DNA of 63,780 nucleotides, the filler included, from Bigelowiella natans CCMP2755 (Eukaryota > Protista > Cercozoa): assembly GCA_000320545.1 (NCBI GenBank). It is 6 parts of 6 records of this genome, joined end to end, with 100 filler letters (N's around TTAATTAATTAA, not from the genome) between each part and the next. Parts side by side here need not be neighbours in the genome. Positions count along the whole stretch, not along the records: positions 1 to 24,404 come from ADNK01002833.1; positions 24,505 to 48,104 come from ADNK01003490.1; 4 more parts are not named here. One strand, written 5' to 3'. Under the pieces are notes generated by a model. The model made no database searches, was not told where the DNA came from, and worked only from the letters and a program-made list of their open reading frames with translations. Within the stretch, counting starts at the first letter, position 1. Each line of letters opens with the position of its first letter. A program made the translations under genes and the position numbers. Positions 13,714 to 24,712 of the stretch are shown piece by piece.

Positions 13714-15642
13714 TCACCAAACGGGTGCTGCCTCTTGCGTGAGCTGCTGTTGCTGCTCCCGTTTGTAGTTTCGAGCAAAGTTTCCTAGAAGGGCGAGGCG
13801 GCCCTGGTGTATCTTGGAGTGCCAGCTGGTGTGCAGTGATGACTTATCACCACGAGGAGTACTAATATCATTACTCGAGTCAGGGATCATCGATAGGCTG
13901 CTGTGAGTGCCATCATCTTCGTGCTGCTGCTGCTGCTGCTCCAGTAGCTGTCGCTGTCGCTTCGCCTCCAGAGCAAGCTTTACTTGACTCACCTCCCCAG
14001 ACAACGAGCCCCTCGATCCTCTCTCATCACGACGGGGACGATGGACCCCACTGTTCTCTTGTTTCAGGCTACCACCGGCAGCATCAGCAGCATCAGCATC
14101 TATTTTGTCGCTGTTGCCTTCCTCATTCAGGGCCTGGAGGATCGCGGAGACCAGTCTCTCCTCCCTAAAGCCCTGGTAGCGGCCCACCTCCATACCGCCA
14201 CGGAAGATGATTGTTGTCGGCGTGTGCGAAATCTTATGCTCGGAGAACAGCGCACGCGATTGCTCGTCGTTGCGGTCGTAGCTAAGCCTATAAAACTCTA
14301 GCGCGCTCCTTTCTCCGTAGCTCTCCGTCCCCGTTGTAGCAGCAGCAGCGGCAGCAGTCACGTCCTCGTGAGCGAATTCGTCGCGCAGAGGCAACCTGTC
14401 AAATTTTGGCATGAAAGCTTTGCACGGTCTACATGCTGGATGGCCAAAGGCGACGATGCGCGTGACACCGTCATCGTCAACGTCGCTGCTCTCCTGGGCA
14501 ATGACGCGGCTGTTGAATTCCTGTGCAGAAATGAGCAGCGTTGATGCCTCCTTCTCTCTGTCGTACTTATCATCCGGCTGGCGATGGACCTGTTCAGAGG
14601 AACGAATCGAGGAGGACAACGATGATGATGATGGTGACGGTAAGGACGACGTGCTGCTGATGATGATGGATGAGTCGCTCGGCGAAGAAGCCTTTTTCTT
14701 CATGTTGGAATGATGTTGACCATCGTTTTCATCCAAATCCCACTTGTTCACGAACGGGCGGAAGTTGAATTCATGCTTCTGGCGCTTGAGTTCCTCCAAT
14801 TGCTTTCTTCCCCTCTCCGACTTGAGGTATTGGGCGAAGTGCTCTTTGTGGTGTTTCTGCAGCTGCTTTAGCTGCTTCTTTTCAGCTTTGAGCTGTTTCT
14901 GTTCGGTTTTTAAGCTTTGCTCGAGTCGCTTGCGCTTGCCCTCGTCGTCTTGAATCTCATACTCTTGCTGCAGCATGAGGTATTTCTGATAGTGCTTGAG
15001 GTGGTTGGACTCCATCTTCTTTATTATTTGTTCCATTCGCATTGATGCCTTCTCATCACCAATGATGGCTTCATCCTTTTTGACTGTGACCTCCTTGGCT
15101 TTGTTATCATTGGTAATACTTAGCGTAGTAGCAGAGGACGATAGTGTTGTTGCTGCCGTCGACTCTTCAATGCTATGTTTCGGAGCTGTAGCGGTGGGTG
15201 ATGCTGCTTTTTTTGCAGCCGGCGAGGGTGCTGATACGACCAAGGACGCCGCAGTGGATTTTACTTCCTCACCCTTTCTGCTATTTTGACCTCGAAAACC
15301 AGGGTAGAAAAATCGGAAAATTTTGGAGTATCTTCCCAATCGTTGCTGGTGGCCGGCTTCCGAGGTGGTGCTGCTGCCCAGAGTGGCAACCCTTCCAATG
15401 CTGCAATCATAACGACTCAACCCCAGCCTTTCTTTTCGCAGGCACCCACCGCGAAAACTGAGCCTATTTCTTCCTTGTCGAAGTGCCATAGAATGAGATG
15501 GATACGGTCCAGCGACGTCGTGGTAGTTCTTCGCACTCAAGCAAAGGACCCGTGCATGAGCTTGGAAAGCCATGAGAAAAAAGCAGCTTATCACCAACAG
15601 CGACCTCGGGGAGGTGAAGGAAAGGTGATTAGGAGCCACCAT
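13714..15642 (-). CDS. Intronless thioredoxin-domain protein (CRPC) with coiled-coil region and probable bipartite plastid-targeting leader
   Basis: The 696-codon ORF contains RIVAFGHPACRPCKAFMPKF and ISHTPTTIIFRGGMEVGRYQG. The likely start is MVAPNH at 15642, followed by hydrophobic LLVISCFFLMAFQAHA and an Arg/Ser-rich stretch. Confidence 0.75.
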   Translation of the reverse strand: MVAPNHLSFTSPRSLLVISCFFLMAFQAHARVLCLSAKNYHDVAGPYPSHSMALRQGRNRLSFRGGCLRKERLGLSRYDCSIGRVATLGSSTTSEAGHQQRLGRYSKIFRFFYPGFRGQNSRKGEEVKSTAASLVVSAPSPAAKKAASPTATAPKHSIEESTAATTLSSSATTLSITNDNKAKEVTVKKDEAIIGDEKASMRMEQIIKKMESNHLKHYQKYLMLQQEYEIQDDEGKRKRLEQSLKTEQKQLKAEKKQLKQLQKHHKEHFAQYLKSERGRKQLEELKRQKHEFNFRPFVNKWDLDENDGQHHSNMKKKASSPSDSSIIISSTSSLPSPSSSSLSSSIRSSEQVHRQPDDKYDREKEASTLLISAQEFNSRVIAQESSDVDDDGVTRIVAFGHPACRPCKAFMPKFDRLPLRDEFAHEDVTAAAAAATTGTESYGERSALEFYRLSYDRNDEQSRALFSEHKISHTPTTIIFRGGMEVGRYQGFREERLVSAILQALNEEGNSDKIDADAADAAGGSLKQENSGVHRPRRDERGSRGSLSGEVSQVKLALEAKRQRQLLEQQQQQHEDDGTHSSLSMIPDSSNDISTPRGDKSSLHTSWHSKIHQGRLALLGNFARNYKREQQQQLTQEAAPVW

Positions 15643-16462
15643 GGGCAGAGCTCGCGTGGTAGTTTTTCTGCATTGCCATATCGTTATACACAGCATCAGG
15701 AACACTCGATCGTCGGCACATTCGTACGAACACACGAACACACACACGCGCGTACACAAAAGAGACACACAACACAAACAAACCACGCAAAAAGAACACC
15801 GCACTCACCTATTCGATAGAATGGTGCGAAGAACGAACGAAGAGAAGTAGGTCCTTGCAAGTGGTTCAACAACGAATGTGAGGGTAGTCTGATGGTAACA
15901 CACCGATCGACGAGCGAATGGTAATCGTCACCTTTTCTCGTAGGATGAGGATGGCACCACAGACAACAACCTATGGCGAAATCCCAGGCGATTTACATCA
16001 TTAAGACATCATCATTATCGTGACTTCGGATCATTTTCCCCGGCGTCTACACAACCGATTTTTTTTAAGTAGGAAAAACTGCTAGTAGGGCACTGCTTCC
16101 TTAATGCAAGAGCAAGGGGATTTTCTTTAGAACCGCTCGTTGGCAACTTCTCCTGGAAACTGAAAAAAATGGGCAAACGCTCAGGGAATCACCCAGTGCG
16201 ACAATTCACATCCGCTCACCAAAGAGGCGCGAGGCGGTGTGGCAACCCGATTTTTGCAAATTTCGGCGAAAACTCGCGCTAATAATCTCCTGGTTCCTTT
16301 TCGACGTTTAAATCTCGAAAAACTTGTGACCTGCATAAACAAAAATCGCAAGTGGTTTTTATCCTGCGACAAGAAAGATATGAGATTTCCAAGCGATATC
16401 AACGGTCGCATTTTCCCACAACTCCCGTCTGCCCACCTCCAGCACACACGAACCTCAGCGCA

Positions 16463-17638
16463 ATGAAGAGGAAGGTGGCGAGCATTCGAGCACAAAAGAT
16501 GGCTTGCCCACTAACGATATGCCTTGTTTCCGAATCAGAGGGAAGACCATGGTTGGGATCTGGTGACAGAAGACTTCAGCTACAAGGTAGTTATATCACT
16601 GCAGTGTTGCTTCCGAAAGTGCCTTCAAACGCCTCACTCCCCTAATCTGCCTGAACCCAAAGGGATCTCTGAAGGAAGATGGGACAATTGAAGGAAAGGG
16701 CGTCATGGAGTTTCCAGATGGTTACGAGAACAAATGACACAGCACCGACAATTAGACATATCAGTTCTTTCCTCACAGGCAGCCAACTTATCGGTACTTT
16801 TTCCGACGGTGACCCTCATGGGCAGGTAAACAGTTTTGCGAATTTTGCAATTGAGTGTAGTAGTACTAGTGGTAGTGACGACAATGCGACGATACGTTCG
16901 AAACCTTTCTCATACTTCTCGTCAAGCTACCTGCATCTTTAGGCACCTTTGCGCACAAACATTCGTTGGATGCATGAAACACTTTGTGTACATTTTTTGG
17001 CCTTTGTATTCATATATGTACAACATATATATATTATAATATCATGAAATTCCCGACGCAACACATGAGTCCATGCATTATCCCAGGGAAAGTATGTGAG
17101 CGCAGACGGTAGTACGATCTTTGGGACATACGAACATGGAGATCTTACAGGGCAGGTGCCAGTGTCATTGTTCATCGTCATCGTGATGGTCTTTTCGTAT
17201 TTTCCTGGGTTAAAGGAGATCTTACGTCAGTGGGTCTTCGCGTAGATGTAAGAAATATGTTAGACTATTTGCATGCACGTACACTTCATTCCCCAGGTTA
17301 CGGAGACAAATGAATCCGGAGGCTTGGTTTATGAAGGTAGGAATTGTTCGTATCGTATCATCATTGCAAAATATTTAGCTCCGTTTCGTCTTCTCTCGGC
17401 GCCCTCTTAATCTTCTTACTACTTCAAGTCAACCTTTTTGTTTTTATCAGAAGTGATAAATGAGCGTTTTGTTAGGAGAATATCGCGATTCGCGACGCCA
17501 TGGCAAAGGTGCAATGTACACGAGAGAGGGGGGAGGGGGGGGGGGGGAAGAAGGGAGAAAAGGATTTATAACCATTTGGAATATTCTAAGGAAAATTGTG
17601 GCTAGAAGATGGCGGATATATGGAGGTTCTCTCTCTCG

Positions 17639-17673
<35 letters not shown>

Positions 17674-19237
17674 CGCACGCATATATACACACATACAGCA
17701 CACAAACCCGCACGCAGGAACTAGATATATACTTGCTATATATGTGTAAATGGATAGATGGATAGATTGACGAAAGACATATACTAAAACGAGCCTAAAG
17801 TGTATAATTTGCTACAAAACTCACACTCCACGTCATTCCCAAAAAACAGGGTGAGTTCAGAGACGGCGTGTTTGATGGAAAGGTAATGTGGGAAACGACA
17901 ACGACGACGACGACAACGACTATTAAGCCAAAACATTGCGACCATAAACATCCATGCATTACAGCCAGGAGTCCACGTTGCGGCGTCGGTTTTGATCGAA
18001 GAAATGTACACAAATTACATAGGAGAACATCTACCATTATCCTAGTGCCGCGATTGGCAGAATAACAGGTACTGATGAAGATGGTGCCTAGAGACGATAG
18101 CAGGAGCCCAGCCTAAGCAGCAAACGCTTTGGAAAAATGCAACTATGATGTGGAGGCCTGTGTGTGGGCGTTGGGGGTGGGGAGGGCGGTGAATTCCATG
18201 CGGATGGCTGCATGTGAGAAGCCCGTGTTGATGATCGCTCCCCTCTCTTCTCAAAATATAACACAGAAGGATCTTTCCTCCTCAAAGGCGAATGGAGGCA
18301 GGTTCGCACATGAGCAAGCTGAATGGAATGCTTGTGAAGGAAACACTGCACAGTTGCTAATTAATGTTGGTGATAGGGCGACATGGCATCAGCGGTGCTT
18401 TATCGCGGCGCTGATGAGGCCCTCTACAACGGCAAACGGGTTGTGTACGCGTATGATCCTTCCGACTCCGTAAGGTATATGATAGGATGTAAGAGGAGTG
18501 ATGGAAGCTACCATTGCCGTAGTGGTGGTGGTGGTGGTGGTGGTGGTGGTGGTGGTGACGGTGATGATGATTTAGTGGTAGGGTCTCGAGCAAGCTCATC
18601 ACGAAAGTACTGGTTGCGAATTCGGACTCCTCATCTCCCCACCTTGCTTGCCAAAATCTCCTTTTGTTTGCTTTAATTGCAGAATAAGCTCCAAGCCGAC
18701 GCTTCCTGATCTCTACGAGCAGTCTTTGGTAGTAATAGTAGTAGTAGTAGTTGGTGGTGGTGGCGGTGTTCAGGTAGCAGTAGAGCTCACTGTTACACAC
18801 TCACCGAGTGCAGAGTAAGCTATTTAGATTATTGCGTATCATATAGTGATTCCTCGTGCTTGTAATAATGTCGCGGAGAGTGGTGGAGGGACTATTCTTC
18901 CACCACCTCCCGTACTTTTCCATTGCTGCGTCCTCGATGGCTATATGGCTACTTTCCGAGTGGAAAACGTATTTATTTTGACAGGATATCGATGTTGAAT
19001 AAGCTTCTCCTGTTTGTTGTGATTCTCTGTGCTGCTGGTTCAGGTTGTTGTTGGCCCCTCAAGCGTAGGATCCAACGCGGTATTTCTTGGACAAACATCA
19101 GACAGCGTGTCTTCTATGTTTTTGTGGCGACTATTTTTCCTAGTTTTCCTAGTGAGCACCTGTGTGTCTGTGTGTGTGTGTGTGTGTGTGTTGTGGAGTT
19201 AATGATGTGTTTCATTCTACCTCTCTATGATTCTCTC

Positions 19238-19293
<56 letters not shown>

Positions 19294-21007
19294 CAATTGT
19301 TTCTTGAACAGGGTGAGGGTCTATTCGCTCGTGTAGAGCTTCCATCGGGGAGAATCGGTTCTTTTTCTCCTCTCTTTCGCGCCTCCCTCTTCCAATCTTA
19401 TGCTGTATCTAAAATACAATTTTTGCTATAAATTGACAGTTTCGTACTATAATGGCACACGCGTGCGGCAGGATGTCGTCGATGCGAGGTTGGGCGACAA
19501 GATGAGACAAGTGCTGCTGCTGCTACTGCTCTGCTGCTGCTGGCAAATAATAGCAAATAATAATGACGACTAGTATATTTCGAGATTCTCAGCCAAAGAG
19601 ACGACAGGAGATATTGACAGTGAATATTTTATTTGAAGGGCTTGGGAGGAGAACAGCAACACAATAACGCTCATAGAAGGCACATCAAAGAGGAAGGCCC
19701 GAGGCAGAGATAACCACCGCGACAGCAACGATGACCCGGAGAAGAAGACCAAGGAGCACTCGCCCAGAGATAAATGCATCATCAAAAAGGTGGAGTTGAT
19801 GAGCAAAACGATAACGATTCAACTAACAACTAGGACGGCGTTGACGATGAGGATGAGGATGATAACAATGATGATGATGGCGAGAATGAGGAAGAGGAGG
19901 AGGAGGGGGAAGAGGAAAAGTATGGCGACTATGATGACGACGACAGGGAAATCGGGCTCTCTATAGACGTAATCCACACACATACACATAGTTGTGTAGA
20001 GTGACACATCTCATTCACACTTTGCCTTTCTACGACTATTCCGACTTCGCCGTGTTCTTCTTCCCCTCCACAACTATCGCTTGCTCTAGGTACCAAAGGA
20101 GTATGCATTAACGACCCATTATTGTGCCTCTCTCGGCCATAAAGTATGAATGATTTTGCCCAAAACAATCAACCCCCTCTAATAATGTCGCATCATCTCT
20201 TCCTTTGCCAATGATATGATACTCATGAACACGAGGCTATAAATTGCACACAATTTGTGACGCCCACTGTGAGATGCAATGCTTCTAAACATATCTGTCT
20301 TTTGACCATCTCGCTAGGTGAACCACTCATTCGATGAAAAGAAGGTGCGTGCTATGTGCGGGATTCGTATCATCGTTGTGCTCATGCTGGCTATAGTTGT
20401 GTGGCCCTCGAGTGGGACTTTTTGGTTGGATGATGTGATTTAATAGAGTTCTTCCTCTTCCTCTTCCTCTTCAGGTTAACTGTGAATACGCACATTGCGA
20501 CCATCCGCGATTTGGCCAGATTCGTTGCATTAAGACCCTTCGTCCGAGTGAGTACATAGAGAGTGAGCGCAGTTGCCAAAATACTCCGCCCTTCTTCCTT
20601 CGCTCTTTTGTTGATACCTCTCACGTTTTTTCTTGGTTTCATTCCTATGGATATATTTTACTCCACTGTGATATTGCCATTACTTTGCAGTAAAAAAGGG
20701 TGAAGAGTTGCTGGTATCCTATGGTTACGATATACTCAACGTCACCGGTACTATATTATTCTCTTTAAGATCCGCATATTCTTGCAATTTTCTTCCGTTT
20801 ATCCTCTTCATGATGGCTTCATATTTCGTCGTTATTATACTCGCTCTTGTGGTACATGTCTGTACTGTATAGTCGTATTATATGTCATGTTTTATAGCTA
20901 CCTATTTACCGTTAGGCGATGGCGTGCCTGATTGGTTCCTCGAGGGATATAAGAAGTTCTCTCAACTTAGCGCCGAATCTGCTCCAGAGCAGCAGGAGCA
21001 GCAGTAG
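16463..21007 (+). CDS. SETD7: SETD7 (SET7/9)-like lysine methyltransferase, MORN repeats + SET domain
   Basis: Spliced exons give MKRK|REDHGW..GKGVMEFPDG|SQLIGTFSDGDPHG, YEGEYRDSRRHGKG, LPDLYEQ, GEGLFARV, SYYNGTR, YCASLGHK|VNHSF, HPRFGQIRCIKTLRP, EELLVSYGYD, VPDWF. These are colinear with SETD7 motifs. Confidence 0.88.
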
Positions 21008-21349
21008 CAACAGTAGGCAGCGATGTCATGAACTTGTAATTAATATATTGTTTCTGACACTTTGATCTTTACGTACATGTAGTATGCTATAGACGCGTAA
21101 ATGCTGCTTGAATTCAACTGCCACGTCAATTTGCACATCTGCCTCGCAGTACGACTCCACGCATCAGCCACCATCGCTAGATCGGTCAATGTCATGTAGG
21201 TACACATCATCTAGACTGTCTGTTGCATCACTCGTCCTTCAGTGGAAATACACCATGTCTTGAGTTGCAGCCTGATGTTTTCATTTCACGCACCACGACA
21301 TCTACTCCGTACATCCGAACATTTGCTCGCGCTATTTGTCGTGACTGCT

Positions 21350-22165
21350 AGACTGGTGGAAGTGCACTTGCAACATGGAGCGAAGTGGTGGAAAACAATT
21401 GTGAAATTCTGCATGCACAGCAGGACAAATGCATCAAGGACAAACATGCACGCGTGTCAGTCACTGTGTTGCAGACAACATGACATCGCACAAAGACGTG
21501 CACAGCACAGCTGTGATGACAGTCGTCGCATATACGCACGCTAGCACGTGCGTTCGCATTGTGACGATGTGTGGACGTTGTGTGCATGCTGCGATGTGTC
21601 CAGAATTGTGTGCACACGTTCCACTTTGTTTGCACGCGTGCTACCCACAAGCACGTTGGTGGGTTGTGTTGTCTGTCATGAACACCACGCTCATCACAGA
21701 CACAGTGTCATGCGTGCATGCATGCACATTGCACGGCTGCGTCAAATCCAGAAATCGATCACGTTGCGTTGTCTGTCATTTCTTGTGTGCTTTTTTCTGC
21801 TGCTGCCACCACCACTACCACCATTGCTCAAGTTGCTAGTCCTGTCACTCACCACTCAATGTCACCGCAACTCCTGCTCCTCGCACACACTGCACAAGCA
21901 TGCCAGCGTGCACAATTGCCAACCTGGCTAGCTGGCAATGCAGCAATGCCACCGCCACTGCTGACACCACTGCCACTCTAGCACTGCAAGTTGACCCAAC
22001 ACCACCATCACATGCCCAGCACTGCAACAACTGTCCAGATGCTAGCAATGCTGCCGTTGCTCACTGTCCCTGTGATCAACACATGCCTTTTTCTCAATGA
22101 GAGGAAGATCGTTGTCACTCACACAACTGCATTGATGAGCTCAGAAACAGACTGATCAAATCTTG
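21350..22165. other. TpA-depleted intergenic domain
   Basis: About 9 TpA in ~800 bp by manual count, mostly in CTAG or CTAC. TG/CA-rich, CpG retained. Confidence 0.85.
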
Positions 22166-22650
22166 TTACCACGACAATGGTAATTCATTGTCGCAATCGT
22201 TAAAACGCATCAGCGAGGCGACAAGTGAAGAAAAATTGCTTTCTCTTCCCATGGCAAAAATGAGTTGGGAAGTTATCTGACACATTTCTCTAGATCTGTA
22301 TGTACTAGAATATCTATAAAATATGTTCAAGTTCTGATTACCTTCACAACATTAAAAACAATAACCCTCTTCGAGATCCCCGCGCCTTCGAATGGTGCCC
22401 TGGCTCGCGGCTGAGGCAGCGGAAGGGCAATGGTACTTTAGTAGAAGGACGGTGGCGACACAACTAGCCCCACGTGCAACATCACATTTAGTAGAATGAT
22501 CGGGAATAGGGTTGGGGAGGGCTTGGGCGAGATGTGGTCCGGATGTTCCACGCCCGATTCCTCATGACTTTATGTTTACCTCCCCATCAACTCGGTTTTC
22601 ATTCAGCGGCCGAAGAGAGTGACCTCGAACGCCAAGGGATTGATTGAAGA

Positions 22651-24303
22651 ATGACGAGATTCTATCAGAATTTCATGTTCATGCTGTCAGTGCGACGAGG
22701 AGGCATGCGTTTGCTCTGGGTTCAAGTCCTCCTCACCCTGGTCGCCACGACGTGCTGCATGGCCTTCCTCCCATCCTCCCTCCGTCCTCTCCGCGTCCCC
22801 ATAAAGGAAAGCCCTCGTACGAGGCTGAAACTGTTGCGCGGAGGCTTTGCGTTTGGTAATGCATAGTGGTTGTAAGTAGCCCCCCTCCCCCCCCCCCCAA
22901 GTAAGGAGGGAGAGGAGGAGGGCGTTCTAGATGTACATCCTAACCGTGCACTTTCCACCACTTGTAGGGGGCTTCGGGGGAGGCAGTGGGAGTAGTGGAT
23001 CTTCTTTCTCCGGGTTCGGCTCACAGGCGTCCGGGGGGACAACGACGACGACGACAAGCACAAACCCCTTCGCCGCTTCCAGCAATCAAGGAGGTTGTTT
23101 ATTCATCCTGCTACTGCGCTAACACCCGCTGTCAGATGCTTAGCTGTAATGATATGCTTCATCATACCGCCAGCTGAAATGCTGTGGAGTAGCTTAGACA
23201 GCAAGAAACCACGAAACATCCCTCAGATGGCATCGAACCCCCACACCTTATGCGATATGTTAGGTTTTGGACAGAGCAGTACGGGAGGGGGGGGCATATT
23301 CGGTCAGCAAGGACAGCAGCAGCAGCAGACACATCAGCCGTCTTTGTTTCAGTTTCAAAGCGGCAGCAGCAACACCGGATTTAGTGGGGGTAGCACCTCT
23401 TCATTCGGGGGCTTTGGCCAACAGCCGCAGCTGGGCTCCAGTGCGTTTGGGCAGACAACGCCAGCAACAGGAGGGGGGGGGGTGGATCTTTCGCCCAGCA
23501 CCAAAAGACCTACGTACGCACTTCTGCACGATATTAGAAATAAACGTTAAAGAATATTAAATATAACTGTTATACGTGTGTATGTTTGTGCGTGTGTGTG
23601 TGTGTGTGACCACAGAGAAGAGAATTTACATTCCCCTTCCCCCCCCCCTCCCCCTGCATAGGAGCAGTTTCGGAGGAACAACAGCAACAAGCGGTGGGTT
23701 TGGCGGCAGCACGTTTCTCAACTCCCAAAATGCCTTCACAAAGCCGCCGTCGCCGTTGTACGGTACTACTAAAGCAGAGGACTCCCAATATATTACCCAT
23801 TCGTGCACGTTCCAGTGTGTACTATGTGGAAGTAGCAGCGATTTCCTCGCCTGTGCGCTATGTATTTATTTTATCCTAAGTCTGAATAATTGCAAAAGCG
23901 AGAAAGCACAAGAGTTTCCTTCCTATTCGTCACGTCTAGTCTCCTTCCCCCCCCCCTCCCCCCCGAGGATCACCGCGATGATTTAACATTGTGTCTGAAG
24001 ATGTCGCTGTCGCGAATCGTTCGCGGAGTCCTGATATCCATCCTCTTGCCAACTGCCTACCCCTCCAACACAGGCGGCTTCGGTGGCTTCGGTGGTGCCG
24101 CAGCACCAACTCCGATAGGGGGTGGGCTCTTCTCTGGAGCTTCTAACAGCATGTTCGGAACAACCAGTGCTAATCAAATGGGAGGGGGGGGGACTGCACG
24201 GCAGCCATGGCAGGTGACGTTACAGCCGGAGAGCGCGAAGGATGGTTCGCAGTACAACGCCCAATACATGACCATATCGGAGATGCCAACGTACCAAACC
24301 AAG
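22651..24303 (+). CDS. NUP98: Nup98-like FG nucleoporin N-terminus with GLEBS motif and signal-peptide-like leader; truncated by gap
   Basis: Exon 1 (to 22855) splices in phase 1 to FG-rich exons (GGFGG, SFGGFGQ, GLFSG). These lead to the GLEBS-like GTARQPWQVT..AQYMTISEMPTYQTK, which ends at a GT donor after 24303. Confidence 0.82.
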
Positions 24304-24348
24304 GTGATGTGTCGCCCACCCTTTTCTCGCCCCCCCCCCCTCCTCACC

Positions 24349-24402
<54 letters not shown>

Positions 24403-24404
24403 CT

Positions 24405-24504
24405 NNNNNNNNNNNNNNNNNNNNNNNNNNNNNNNNNNNNNNNNNNNNTTAATTAATTAANNNNNNNNNNNNNNNNNNNNNNNNNNNNNNNNNNNNNNNN
24501 NNNN
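24405..24504. other. Assembly gap spacer (N44-TTAATTAATTAA-N44); same spacer at 48105, 54381, 57524, 61314
   Basis: Identical 100-nt N blocks carry a six-frame stop linker. Confidence 0.98.
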
Positions 24505-24712
24505 GGTGCAACAACATAGCTGGGAAGTCAAGGGCGCGAACAGAATGACTAACTAACTAACTAACAACATAGCTGGGAAGTCAAGGGCGCGAAAAGAACA
24601 ACTAACTAACTAACTAACTGACTAACTAACAGTGAAAATCACTTCGGTGTAACAACACAGCTGGGAAGTCAAGGGCGCGAACAGAACAACTGACTAACAA
24701 CTAACTAACAGT
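24505..24712 (+). repeat. Three tandem copies of an AACAACATAGCTGGGAAGTCAAGGGCGCGAACAGAA unit separated by (CTAA)n; an inverted relative lies at 30367-30405
   Basis: Direct sequence comparison. Confidence 0.9.

Noticed and set aside
24449-24460. TTAATTAATTAA palindromes between N runs
   Set aside because: Artificial scaffolding linker. Adjacency across these gaps is not guaranteed.
24505-24712. Repeat-spacer pattern resembling a CRISPR array or telomere
   Set aside because: The spacers are (CTAA)n rather than unique sequence, there are no cas genes, the context is eukaryotic, and the unit is not TTAGGG-like.
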